From an uncultured Gemmatimonadales bacterium (GTDB lineage: Bacteria; Gemmatimonadota; Gemmatimonadetes; Longimicrobiales; Gaopeijiaceae): a stretch of DNA of 64,000 nucleotides. A program made the position numbers and the translations under genes. Below the pieces are notes generated by a model. The model searched no databases. It had not been told where the DNA came from and was given only the letters and a program-made list of their open reading frames with translations. Positions 8,705 to 18,671 of the stretch are shown here, piece by piece. Within the stretch, counting starts at the first letter, position 1. Every line of letters starts with the position of its first letter. The stretch spans positions 1,568,001 to 1,632,000 of the forward strand of contig CAWELD010000003.1 of NCBI GenBank assembly GCA_963809895.1, written 5' to 3'.

Positions 8705-10317
8705 CCCTGGGCGTCCAGCCCCGCGAGGAGTTGCCGTACCTCGGTGTTGCCCGGATTGAGCTCCAGGGCCCGCCGCCAGAGGAGCCGCGCCACGTCGTGG
8801 TCCGCGTCGGCGTGGGCGATGCTGCCCAGACGCAGGTAGACGTCGTCACCCAGCTTCGGATTGGCCTTGACCGCCTTCTCGTAGTGCACCCGTGCCCGCT
8901 CCGTCTCGCCGCGGTCGTAGGCCTGATCTCCCAGGGCTTTGTGGGCCTGGGCCGGGGCCGGATAGCGCCCGGCGGCCCGAGCGTAGAGCGCCGCCGCCGC
9001 CTTGTCCTCGCCTCGAAGCTCGAGCACGGCCCCCGTGTTCACCAGAATCGGTGCCGACTCCGGGTAGTGTCCCAACCCTTCCCTGCCCACCGCTACGGCG
9101 TACTCGTGCTGCCCGGCCATCCCGGCCGCGAGTACCGTGTATGCGTAGTAGAGCGGAGACGGCTTCCGGACCGACGGGGAGGTGCGGTGGAGCCGCAGGG
9201 CTTCCAGGGCCCGAACGACATCGCCCATGCGCAGCAGGATCACGCCACGGGCCAGCGCGACGTCGGGATCGCCGGGCCTGGACTCCAGGGCCCGATCCAG
9301 CACGGTCAGCGCCTCCTCGTAACGCCCGAGCATCTCCAACGCCAGGGCGCGGTTGCGGAGGACGCCGTGGAACGCCCCGCCGTCTTCCGGAATCGCCTCG
9401 AACCTGTCCAGCGCCTCCTGGTAGCGCCGCGACCTGAAGGCGATGAGCCCCAGCCGGTGGAGTGCCCTGGAATGCCGGGGCTCGCGTTCCAGTACCGCTT
9501 CGAACTCGCGGGCGGCGTCCTCCAGCATTCCGGACCGGTAGAACGCCGTGCCGAGCGCCAGATGCTGACCCAGATCGGCATCCTCGGGCGCGACGGTGGC
9601 GACTCCGCTGCCTGAGCGTTCGAGGAACCCCGCCTGGATGAGCCCGAAGAGCGCCTTGCCCACGTCGAACTCGACGAGCCCCGACTCGGCCACCAGTGCT
9701 TCCACCGTGCGCTCGCCGTCGATGAGCGGCAGCAGACGGTGCTGGGCGTCGGTGAGCTCCACATCGGGGTCCTCGGCCGGATCCTTCACGAGCGAGAACA
9801 CGAGGTCGAAGGAGGGGATCTTCTTCTCGATGAGGCTCCACTCGTCCACCCGGCGCGCACCCTCGAGCAGCAGGTTCTCCGCCGGGAGATTCACCAGGAA
9901 CAGGTCGCCTTCGTCGGGGGTCTGGTCGGCGTCGAAATGGAAGGAGCCCTGCGTCCAGGTGAAGAGGTGGTAGACGGCCTCCTCGATCTGGATGCGGATG
10001 AAGCGATTGAGGACGTCCTCTTCGAGCATCCCCGAGTGCACGAGGATCTCGCCGAGCCGGCGGCCCCGTTGCTGCGACTGCGCCTCCATGGCCTCTGCGA
10101 GCTGCTGGCGGTCGATGGCGCCGTTGCGCACCAGGAGCTCGCCGAGCCGGTCCGGTCGGTTCAGCACGGAGGCGAAGATCACACGGCCCTGGCGGAAGTA
10201 GACGTACCCGAAGTTCGAACGGTCGGTGACGGTGAGGCAGCCGGTCTTCCGCCCCATGGCCAGGAGCTGGAAGATGTCCGGCAGGCTCACGTCCTGGAGG
10301 GCGCCCTCGATGGCCAT
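8701..10317 (-). CDS. DUF4388 + MshEN-like + TPR protein
   Basis: MAIEGALQDVSLPDIFQLL..KTGCL (DUF4388/PatA-N), tandem RLGxxLVxxG motifs and multiple TPRs. Confidence 0.85.
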   Translation of the reverse strand: MAIEGALQDVSLPDIFQLLAMGRKTGCLTVTDRSNFGYVYFRQGRVIFASVLNRPDRLGELLVRNGAIDRQQLAEAMEAQSQQRGRRLGEILVHSGMLEEDVLNRFIRIQIEEAVYHLFTWTQGSFHFDADQTPDEGDLFLVNLPAENLLLEGARRVDEWSLIEKKIPSFDLVFSLVKDPAEDPDVELTDAQHRLLPLIDGERTVEALVAESGLVEFDVGKALFGLIQAGFLERSGSGVATVAPEDADLGQHLALGTAFYRSGMLEDAAREFEAVLEREPRHSRALHRLGLIAFRSRRYQEALDRFEAIPEDGGAFHGVLRNRALALEMLGRYEEALTVLDRALESRPGDPDVALARGVILLRMGDVVRALEALRLHRTSPSVRKPSPLYYAYTVLAAGMAGQHEYAVAVGREGLGHYPESAPILVNTGAVLELRGEDKAAAALYARAAGRYPAPAQAHKALGDQAYDRGETERARVHYEKAVKANPKLGDDVYLRLGSIAHADADHDVARLLWRRALELNPGNTEVRQLLAGLDAQG

Positions 10318-12203
10318 CAGTCGAGCTCCTCCACCAGGCGCTCCTCGAGCTGCGGCCAATCCCAGATGACCCGCTCACGAGACGGCCGCCACGCTTGCTC
10401 GCCCTGAGACGGGTCCGCCGGGGCAGCCGGAGGCGGCAGCGGTGCCGGGCTCTCCACCGCGGCCGGCGGCTGGGCCGCGACCGTCTCGTCAGGAAGGGTC
10501 TCCGACGCGGCCGTTTCGTCCCGCGCACCCTCCAGCGTGATGCCGTGCCACACGGTGCCCGCCTCACCCGCGCCCTGCGCGACGAACTCCACCTGATCGG
10601 CGCCCTCGGGCAGATCGCGAGCCGGCGCTTCCAGGACCAGCCCACCCTCGAAGCGTGAGCGCAGGCGGTCGTCGATGTGGGTGATGCGAGCCGGCGGGCG
10701 GTCGGCGACCAGCATCACCCGCGAGCCCCGACGCTTGAGCGCTTCGAAGAGGTGGAAGAACTCGTCCTGGGCCCGCTCGGTGTCGGCCAGGTCCTCCACG
10801 CCGTGAACCAGCAGCAGATCGAGTGTCCACCAGCGCTCGCGCCACGCCCCGGCCACACCCTCGGACAGCGCCCGGATGAAGTCCTGAGCGAAATCCGCCA
10901 CCGAGGTCACCGCCATGCGGGACTGGGCGTTCCGCTGACGGAAGACGCGCCCCGTCGCCGCCAGCACCGCCCGAGCGTTGCCCGGGGGGTTGCTCCACAG
11001 GAAGAGCGGATTGTACTTGGGCCGCTCGCCGGTGGCGAGCTGCTCCGCGGCGCGCGCGGGAAGCTGGGGAAAGTGGGGCGCCAACGCCTCCAGATCCGGG
11101 CCCTGGGCGAGCTCGGGAAAGGGCCGCACGCGCTCGCGCACGGACGCCAGCAGCGCCTCGGCCTCCTCCAGGCGATCCGGGTCGCGCACAAGCATGCTGG
11201 CCGCTTCGGGCCACGGGTTGCCGAGCCCCTCGAGCTCGGCGTCGATCTCCCGCAGCCGGTCCACGTCCTTCTGGAAGCGGGCGAGGCGCTCGTTCCACTC
11301 CCGGGGCGGATGGCGGTCCTCGAGGAGCGACCGCAGCCGGCTGGCGTCGAAGCCGTCGGCCTCGGCCGCCTCGGCCCCCTCGCGGAGCGCTTTCCGCCAG
11401 GTCTCTTCACCCGCACCGACGTTCATGACGCCGGAGATCTCGGAGAGGAGGTCCTTCAGGGGATCGGGAATCCCGTCACCGCGCTGGGCCGGCTCACCCA
11501 GCAGCTCGGCCAGATCGTCGACCTCCACCGGCCGCCCTTCGAGCTCCTGGACCGCCAGCACCCGGTTCAGCCCGCCGCCGAGCTCGCGCACGTTGCGGAA
11601 CGGACGGCGCGCCAGCGCTTCGGCCACCCCTCGCTGGAGACTCTGGCCACGCTCCTCGGCCTTGCGACGCACGATGGCCACGCGGGTCTCGAACTCGGGG
11701 GGAGCGATGTCGACGATGAGTCCGCCGGCGAAGCGTGACAGGAGGCGCTCGTCCAGGGCGTCGATCTCCGCCGGCGGACGGTCGCTGGCCAGTACGATCT
11801 GGCGGCTGGCGGTGGTCAGCCCGTCCAGCGTTCTCAGCACCATCTCCTGGGCTTCGGGCTGGCCCGCCAGGAACTGGACGTCGTCCAGCAGCAGCACGTC
11901 GAGCTCCAGGTAGCGTTCCCGCAGCGGGTCTCGCTCGCCTGCCGCCAGCGCCTCGGCCATCTCCTCCAGGAACTCCTCCATGGTGCGATAGAGCACCTGC
12001 GGCGCCTCGTCGCGCTTCCTGGCCTGGTGGGCCATGGCCATGAGGATGTGGGACTTGCCGAGCCCCGATGCCGCGTACAGGAAGAGCGGATTGTAACTGG
12101 CGCCCGGCGCTTCGGCGGCGCGACGGGCCGCAGCCGACGCCAGTCGGTTGGCCGGTCCCACGACGAAGTTCTCGAAGGTCAGCTTCGGATCCAGGTCCGT
12201 CAT
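10317..12203 (-). CDS. DnaA/Hda-family protein with two tandem AAA+ domains and no DNA-binding domain
   Basis: TFENFVVGPAN, YNPLFLY..SGLGKSH, LLLDDVQF, RLLSRF, NVREL; second copy YNPLFLW..RLRSRFEGGL. Confidence 0.85.
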   Translation of the reverse strand: MTDLDPKLTFENFVVGPANRLASAAARRAAEAPGASYNPLFLYAASGLGKSHILMAMAHQARKRDEAPQVLYRTMEEFLEEMAEALAAGERDPLRERYLELDVLLLDDVQFLAGQPEAQEMVLRTLDGLTTASRQIVLASDRPPAEIDALDERLLSRFAGGLIVDIAPPEFETRVAIVRRKAEERGQSLQRGVAEALARRPFRNVRELGGGLNRVLAVQELEGRPVEVDDLAELLGEPAQRGDGIPDPLKDLLSEISGVMNVGAGEETWRKALREGAEAAEADGFDASRLRSLLEDRHPPREWNERLARFQKDVDRLREIDAELEGLGNPWPEAASMLVRDPDRLEEAEALLASVRERVRPFPELAQGPDLEALAPHFPQLPARAAEQLATGERPKYNPLFLWSNPPGNARAVLAATGRVFRQRNAQSRMAVTSVADFAQDFIRALSEGVAGAWRERWWTLDLLLVHGVEDLADTERAQDEFFHLFEALKRRGSRVMLVADRPPARITHIDDRLRSRFEGGLVLEAPARDLPEGADQVEFVAQGAGEAGTVWHGITLEGARDETAASETLPDETVAAQPPAAVESPAPLPPPAAPADPSQGEQAWRPSRERVIWDWPQLEERLVEELD

Positions 12204-12306
12204 CAGCGCATCCCGCGGAGGCGCCGAAGCGCCGGAGAGGTCCCAGTACTTCGTAAGATCGGGCGCGCCCCAGGGGAAAAAAAGGGCCGAGTGGGGCGGA
12301 TCGGGC

Positions 12307-13287
12307 TCACGACGCTCCCCCGCCCCGTGACTCCCGCGCCCAGCGGGCCACATCGGCCAGGTCGTCGGGCAGCGCCGCCCGGAAGTGCATGCGCTCGCCA
12401 CTCACCGGGTGGTCGAACACCAGCTCCGCCGCGTGCAGGAACTGTCGGGGCGTGCGGCGCGCCAGCTCCCGCGCCCACCCCTGGGCGGGCCCGCTCATGC
12501 CCCGCTCCCATCCCGGCCCGTAGACCTCGTCGCCCACCACCGGGTGACCCCGATGCGCCAGGTGCACACGGATCTGGTGCGTGCGCCCGGTCTGGAGCGC
12601 CACGTCGAGCAGCTCGGCGGCGAGCCACCGCTCCCGCACGCGTACCCGCGTCAGCGCCCGGCGTCCGCCCTCTCGCACCACCGCCATGCGCTTGCGGTTC
12701 CCGGGATCGCGCCCGACAGGCGCGTCGATGGTCAGGGGGGACTCGTCCAGGTGTCCCCAGGACGCGGCCCGGTAGAGCCGCTTCACGTGCCGTTTCTTGA
12801 GCGCCGCTGCCAGTCCCTGATGGGCCTGGTCGGTCTTGGCCACCACCAGCAGCCCCGAGGTGTCCCGGTCCAGCCGGTGGACGATGCCGGGACGGAGCCG
12901 CCCTCCCACGCCCGAGAGGCCGTCCAGGTGATGCAGGAGCGCGTTCACCATGGTGCCGTCGCGGTGGCCGGGCGCCGGATGCACCACCATGCCCGCGGGC
13001 TTGTTCACCACGGCCAGCCATTGGTCTTCGAAAACGATCTCCAGCGGGATGTCCTGCGCCTCCATGCCCACGGGCGCCGCCGGCGGCACCTCCACCTCCA
13101 CCTCCCAACCGGCCACCACCGGCTCCGACTTGCGCAGGCGGTCGGCGCCCGGCGCCCCGTCGCCGTGCACCCGGATACAGCCGTCTTCCAGGAGCTTCTG
13201 GATCCGGGTCCGCGACAGCTCGAGCCGCTCCGACAGGAAACGGTCGAGGCGCTCTCCCTCGTCGCCGGGCTCTACGCGCACCCGCAC
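12307..13287 (-). CDS. rluD: RluA/RluD family pseudouridine synthase
   Basis: S4 domain, NKPAGMVVHP, IVHRLDRDTSG, GRTHQIRVH; GTG start inferred. Confidence 0.9.
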   Translation of the reverse strand: MRVRVEPGDEGERLDRFLSERLELSRTRIQKLLEDGCIRVHGDGAPGADRLRKSEPVVAGWEVEVEVPPAAPVGMEAQDIPLEIVFEDQWLAVVNKPAGMVVHPAPGHRDGTMVNALLHHLDGLSGVGGRLRPGIVHRLDRDTSGLLVVAKTDQAHQGLAAALKKRHVKRLYRAASWGHLDESPLTIDAPVGRDPGNRKRMAVVREGGRRALTRVRVRERWLAAELLDVALQTGRTHQIRVHLAHRGHPVVGDEVYGPGWERGMSGPAQGWARELARRTPRQFLHAAELVFDHPVSGERMHFRAALPDDLADVARWARESRGGGAS

Positions 13288-13297
13288 CAGGGACCCC

Positions 13298-16200
13298 TCA
13301 GCCGGCGTGACGGCGCAGCCCCACGGCGGCGGGGACCCCGTCCAGATCCGTCTCCCGCCAGGCCTCCCATCCTTCGGGATCACCTTCCGGAGCCACGGCC
13401 ATCTCCTGCGCCAGCGTCTCTCCGCTGACGAATCCCCGCCAGCCCTCCGCCGCCTCGCGCACGGTCTCGGGCCCGAACACGCCCAGCTCGATGCGGTCCG
13501 TGATCTCCAGCCCCGCGTCCTTGCGGAGGCGCTGGATCCGGTTCACCAGCTCCCGCGCCAACCCCTCCCGGCGCAGCTCGTCGTCGAGGGCCGGATCCAG
13601 GGCCACGGTGTGTCCTCCCTCGCTCTTCACCACCAGGTCGCCGCGGGCCTCCTCCACCACCTCCAGGTCGTCGGGCTCGAGGGCGTGATCCGAGCCGTCC
13701 ACCGAGATGTGCACCGGCTGGCCGGCCCTGAAGGCCGTCAGCGACGCCTCGCTCAGCGCCCGGATGGCTTCGGCGGCCTCGTTGGTGGCCTTGCCGAAGC
13801 GGGGTCCCAGATTGCGGAAGTTCGGACGCGCCGCCAGGCGCACGAGCCGCTCCGCCGAGGCGAGGAAGGCCACCTCCTTCACGTTGAGCTCGTCCTGCAC
13901 CAGCGCCAGCACCTCGGGGCGCAGCTCACCGGCGCCCGGGACCACGGCGTGCAGCGTGCGCAGCGGCTGCCGGACCCGGATCTGCACTTCCTCGCGGGCG
14001 GCGCGACCCAGCGACACCAGGATGCGCGCCGACGCCATCTCGCTGTCCAGCGCCGTGTCGGCCAGTCCCACCGGACTCGGGTAGGCGGCCAGGTGGGCGC
14101 TGTCGCCGGTGAGGGCACGGTAGAGCCAGTCCGAGACGAAGGGCGTCACCGGCGCCGCCAGCAGAGCCACCGTGCCCAGCACGTCCGAGAGCGTCCGGAA
14201 GGCCGCCCGGGCGTCGGCGGCGTCGGTGTTGCCCCAGAACCGGCCGCGGCTCCGGCGCACGTACCAGTTGGACAGGTCGTCGACGAAGTCCCCCAGTAGC
14301 CGGAAGGCGCGGGTGATCTGATAGCCGTCCAGCTCGCGCCCCATGTCGTCCACCAACGCGTCCAGGCGCGACAGGATCCAGCGGTCCAGCACGTTGCGCT
14401 CGCCCACGGGGGGATCGGCCTCCGACGCCCTCCAACCCTCGGTCCCGGCATAGAGCTGGAAGAAGCGGTAGGTGTTGGCGAGGGTGTCGAAGAACTTGCG
14501 GGTGGCCTCCTGCACGCCCTCGGGATCGAAGCGCTTGGGCACCCAGGGGTTGGACACGGTGAGGAAGTACCAGCGCAACGCGTCCACCCCGTGATCGGCG
14601 ATGGCGTCCCAGGGATCGACGGTATTGCCCCGGGACTTGGACATCTTCTGTCCTTCGGCGTCCAGGATCAGGTCGTTGACCACGACGTTCCGGTACGCCG
14701 GGCCCCGCCCCAGCATGGTGGCGATGGCCATGAGGGAGTAGAACCAGCCGCGGGTCTGGTCCAGGCCCTCGCAGATGAAGTCGGCCGGGAAGTGCGCCTC
14801 GAACTCACCCTCGTTCTCGAAGGGGTAGTGCCACTGGGCGTAGGGCATGGCACCGGAGTCGAACCAGACGTCGAGCACCCCCGGCGTGCGCCGCATGGTG
14901 CCGCCGCAGTCGCAGGTCCAGGTCAGGTCGTCGATGGTCGGCCGATGCGGGTCGAAGTCCTCGCCCAGGGGGCCCGCCAGCTCCGCGAGCTCGGCGAAGG
15001 AGCCCACCCAGCGCACGTGCTCCTCGTCGGCGTCACAGACCCAGGCCGGGAGCGGCGTGCCCCAGAAGCGGTCCCGGGACAGAGCCCAGTCCACGTTGCC
15101 CTTCAGCCACTCTCCGAAGCGCTTCTCGCCGACCTCGGGCGGATACCACGACACCTGGTCGTTGTTGGCCAGCATGTCGTCCTTGAGCGTGGACGTGCCG
15201 GCGAACCAGGAGTCGCGCGCCAGGTAGATGAGCGGCGAACGACAGCGCCAGCAGTGCGGATAGCTGTGGATGGCCGTGCCCGCGCGGAAGAGGTTGCCGG
15301 CCTCGCGCAGCGCCTCCACCACCTCGGGATCGGCGTCCTTCACGAACATCCCCCCGATCCTGGGGATGTCGGCGTCGAAGTGGGCCCCGTCGTCGATGGG
15401 CCGGAGCATGGGAAGCCCGTGGCGCTGGCCCGCGGCGTAGTCGTCGCTGCCGAAGGCCGGCGCCATGTGCACGACCCCGGTGCCGTCGTCGGCGGAGACG
15501 AAATCCTCACCCACCACGGTCCAGGCATTGGCGGGGTCGGCGGGCGCGGGCACCAGATCCAGAGGCCGAACGTAGCGGAGCCCCACCAGCTCGGACCCGC
15601 GATGCTCGGCGAGCGACTTCGGCATCCTCGCCCAGCACGGCCTCGAGCCGCTCCCGGGCCAGGATCAGGCGCGTGCCCTCGTGGAGCACCTCGACGTACG
15701 ACAGCTCGGGATGCACGGCCAGGCCGCTGTTGGACGGCACCGTCCAGGGCGTGGTGGTCCACACCAGGAAGGCGCGGCCGTCGGGCTCGCCGTCCTCGCC
15801 CAGCACCGGGCACAGGAAGAAGAGCGAGGGATCCTCCACGTCTTCATAGCCCTGCGCCACCTCGTGCGACGACAAGGCGGTGCCGCAACGGGGGCAGTAC
15901 GGCACGCTCTTGTAGCCCCGGTACAGCAAGCCACGGTCGGCGAGCTGGCGAAGGATCCACCACACCGACTCGATGTAGTCGTTGTGGAAGGTCACGTAGG
16001 GCCGCGAGTAGTCGAGCCAGTAGCCGATGCGCTCCGACAGGCTCTCCCACTCTTCCTTGTAGGTGAACACCGAATCACGGCACACCTCGTTGAAGCGGGC
16101 GATGCCCAGGGCCTCGATGTCGGGCTTGCCGCTGATGCCGAGCTTCTTCTCGGCTTCGATCTCCACGGGCAGACCGTGGGTGTCCCACCCGGCGATGCGG

Positions 16201-16451
16201 GTCACCTGGCGACCCAGCATGGTCCGGTGCCGGCACACCAGGTCCTTGATGGTGCGGGAGATGATGTGGTGGAGGCCCGGGCGCCCGTTGGCCGTGGGCG
16301 GCCCCTCGTAGAAGACGAACGGCTCGCCACCGGCGGTGTGCTCCTGCACGCGGCGGAAGAGGTCCTCCTCCCGCCACTGCCCGAGCACTTCCTCTTCCAG
16401 CGCCTGCAGAGACTCGGGGAACCCCGGGAACCCCTCGCGGTCAGTCGTCAC
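13298..16451 (-). CDS. ileS: Isoleucine--tRNA ligase, type 2 (+1 frameshift at ~15614, likely assembly error)
   Basis: GPPTANGRPGLHH, GWDTHGLP, WTTTPW, GTGVVH, SRDRFWGTP, DQTRGWF, KMSKS spread over two overlapping ORFs. Confidence 0.92.
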
Positions 16452-17112
16452 CGCCACGCTCCTCGTCCTCGTTGAGCTCGAGCCATCGGTCCGGATCGTC
16501 TGCCGGCGCGGCCTCGTCTTCACCGGTGCCGGCCAGGGCGTGCACGTCGGCATCGGCCGGCGGGAGCGCCTCGCCGCCCCCTTCTTCGGCCTTCCGCTTG
16601 CGGCGGGCCTCGGCACCCAGGTCCAGCTCCACCTCCTTCTTGTCCTCCAGGGGAGAGCGTCCCTCCTCCACCGCCAGGGCATCCAGCTCCCGCTCCAGCA
16701 GCTGCCGGAACGCGCCCAGGAACCGGCTCCGCCGCCGTTCCAGATCCTGGATGGACCCACGGCGCTCCTCCACCTCGCGGTCGGCCTCGGAGAGGATGCG
16801 CCGACCTTCGGTCTGGGCTTCCTTCAGGAGCAGGTCGGCCTCACGCTGGGCCTGCGCCTTGATCTCACCGCGAAGCTCCTGGGCGGTCACCAGCGCCTCG
16901 TTCACGGCGCGCTCGCGCTCGCTCAGCGCCTTGACCTGCTCCTGCAGCCGGTCGCTCCGCTCCCGGAGGGTGAGGTTCTCCTTCACCAGCTCCTCGAGCC
17001 GCTCCGCCACCAGCTCCAGGAAGGTGTCCACCTCCGAGGGATCGTATCCGCGCATGAGCTTGCGGAAATCGCCCCGCTTCTTGCGGACATCCAGGGGAGT
17101 CAGATCGATCAT
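16441..17112 (-). CDS. divIVA: DivIVA domain protein
   Basis: LTPLDV..F.K.MRGYDPSEVDTFL followed by a coiled coil; yggS-divIVA-ileS synteny. Confidence 0.9.
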   Translation of the reverse strand: MIDLTPLDVRKKRGDFRKLMRGYDPSEVDTFLELVAERLEELVKENLTLRERSDRLQEQVKALSERERAVNEALVTAQELRGEIKAQAQREADLLLKEAQTEGRRILSEADREVEERRGSIQDLERRRSRFLGAFRQLLERELDALAVEEGRSPLEDKKEVELDLGAEARRKRKAEEGGGEALPPADADVHALAGTGEDEAAPADDPDRWLELNEDEERGGDD

Positions 17113-17162
17113 CAGGTCATCCTCGCTCGAAGGGTCCCGGAGGGCGGGACCCGGCCCGGACC

Positions 17163-17870
17163 TCAGTCGTCGACAGGGCGCTCACCGAAGAGCGCGGTGC
17201 CGATGCGCACCATGGTGCTTCCTTCCTCGACGGCGAAGCGCAGGTCGTTGGTCATGCCCATGGAGAGCTCCCCGCCCACCCGGGGCTCGTGCCTGCGCAC
17301 GTCCTGCAACGTCTCCCGCAGGCGCCGGAACGTCGTCCGGAGCACCGTCTCGTCGTCCACGAACGGAGCCATGGTCATCAGGCCCCGTACCTGCAATCTC
17401 GGCAACGCCACCATCTCCAGCACCCCGTCCACGGCGCGCGCCGTCGAGAAGCCGCTCTTGGCGTCCTCGCCCGACGTGTTCACCTGCACCAGCACCTCCA
17501 CGGTCCTCTCGGCCTCGTCAGCCACCCGATCGAGGCGTTCGGCGAGCCTCAGGCTGTCCACGGAGTGGATCAGGTCCGCCGCAGCGAGGGCCCGAGGAGC
17601 CTTGCGCCGCTGCAGGTGCCCGATCATGTGCCATCGGATGCCCTCGCGACCCACCTCGGCCACCTTGGTCTCCAGCTCGCCGACCCGATTCTCACCGAGA
17701 TCGTGGAGCCCGGCCCCCAGCGCCGCACGGACGGCCTGGACGGGGTGGCCCTTGGTCACCGCCACCAGCCGCACCGAGCCCGCCTCCCGCCCCGCGGCCG
17801 CCTCCGCGGTGGCGATGGCCTCCCGAACGCGGGGCAGTGTTTCGCGGAGCAGGCTGGGATAGTCCGTCAT
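17163..17870 (-). CDS. yggS: YggS/PLPBP pyridoxal-phosphate homeostasis protein
   Basis: LVAVTK, GENR, WHMIGHLQ, GLMTM, LSMGMTND, RIGTALFG. Confidence 0.93.
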   Translation of the reverse strand: MTDYPSLLRETLPRVREAIATAEAAAGREAGSVRLVAVTKGHPVQAVRAALGAGLHDLGENRVGELETKVAEVGREGIRWHMIGHLQRRKAPRALAAADLIHSVDSLRLAERLDRVADEAERTVEVLVQVNTSGEDAKSGFSTARAVDGVLEMVALPRLQVRGLMTMAPFVDDETVLRTTFRRLRETLQDVRRHEPRVGGELSMGMTNDLRFAVEEGSTMVRIGTALFGERPVDD

Positions 17871-17917
17871 GGCCACAGGTGGAGGGTCGGGCACGTCGGG
17901 GCAAGCAACAAACATAC

Positions 17918-17955
17918 GAAGAGGCCCCGCCGGAGCGAACCGGCGGGGCCTCTTC
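17918..17955 (-). terminator. Intrinsic terminator after the tonB operon
   Basis: 16-bp perfect stem GAAGAGGCCCCGCCGG/CCGGCGGGGCCTCTTC, T-rich tail on the minus strand. Confidence 0.8.
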
Positions 17956-17981
17956 AACCCTTCGCGACCGGGCGCGCCCCG

Positions 17982-18671
17982 TTACCGAACCTGGAAGGTA
18001 ATGGGGAACGTCACCCACACCGGAACCTTCTTGTCCCGGTTCAGGGCCGCAGTGAACTGCATGATGTCCGCGACCTTGAGCGCCGCCTCGTCGAGCTGCG
18101 TGTGTCCGCTGCTCTCCGAGATCCGCGTGTCCTTCACGCGGCCGTTCTCGTCGATGAAGAACCAGACCTTCACCGTGCCGCCGATACCGGCGTCACGAAG
18201 CAGAGGAGGATACTCCCGCGACAACGCCTCCTGGACCTGGGACCGGTTGGTGATCTCCGGGCCCACGGTGTAGGGCGTGAAGGTGGGCGCCGCCCCGATG
18301 TCCGACTCGCCCGTGTTGCTGGGCGGCGGCGGCAGGTCGTCCACCGGATTGTCCTCGAACGTGGTCGACGAAATCGTGATGTCCTCCGCCACGTTGGCCT
18401 CGGCGATCACCGGCGTCGCAGGCCGGGAGATCTGCGCAGGCGGCGGCGGGATCTCGATCTCCGGCGGGAGATCGATGGCCTCGATCTCGTCGGCGGCGTA
18501 CGACACGTCTTCGGCGGTCATGTCGGGCCAGAACTGGAACACCACGAAGTGCACCAGGATGGCCGCGATCATCGACCCCCAGAACCAGTTGTCCCAACTC
18601 CGCTTCAGGCGATCGTTGGCCGTCTCGCCGCTGAAACCGGAGGAGGAGGGTACGGCCTGAGCTGCTGTCAT
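17982..18671 (-). CDS. tonB: TonB family energy transducer
   Basis: TM with S..H, Pro-rich linker, YPPLLRDAGIGGTV..SSG..LDEAAL C-terminal domain. Confidence 0.88.
   Translation of the reverse strand: MTAAQAVPSSSGFSGETANDRLKRSWDNWFWGSMIAAILVHFVVFQFWPDMTAEDVSYAADEIEAIDLPPEIEIPPPPAQISRPATPVIAEANVAEDITISSTTFEDNPVDDLPPPPSNTGESDIGAAPTFTPYTVGPEITNRSQVQEALSREYPPLLRDAGIGGTVKVWFFIDENGRVKDTRISESSGHTQLDEAALKVADIMQFTAALNRDKKVPVWVTFPITFQVR

Noticed and set aside
10317..12203. Calling this dnaA and placing oriC nearby
   Set aside because: It lacks domains I and IV, and there is no dnaN or DnaA-box cluster with an AT-rich element.
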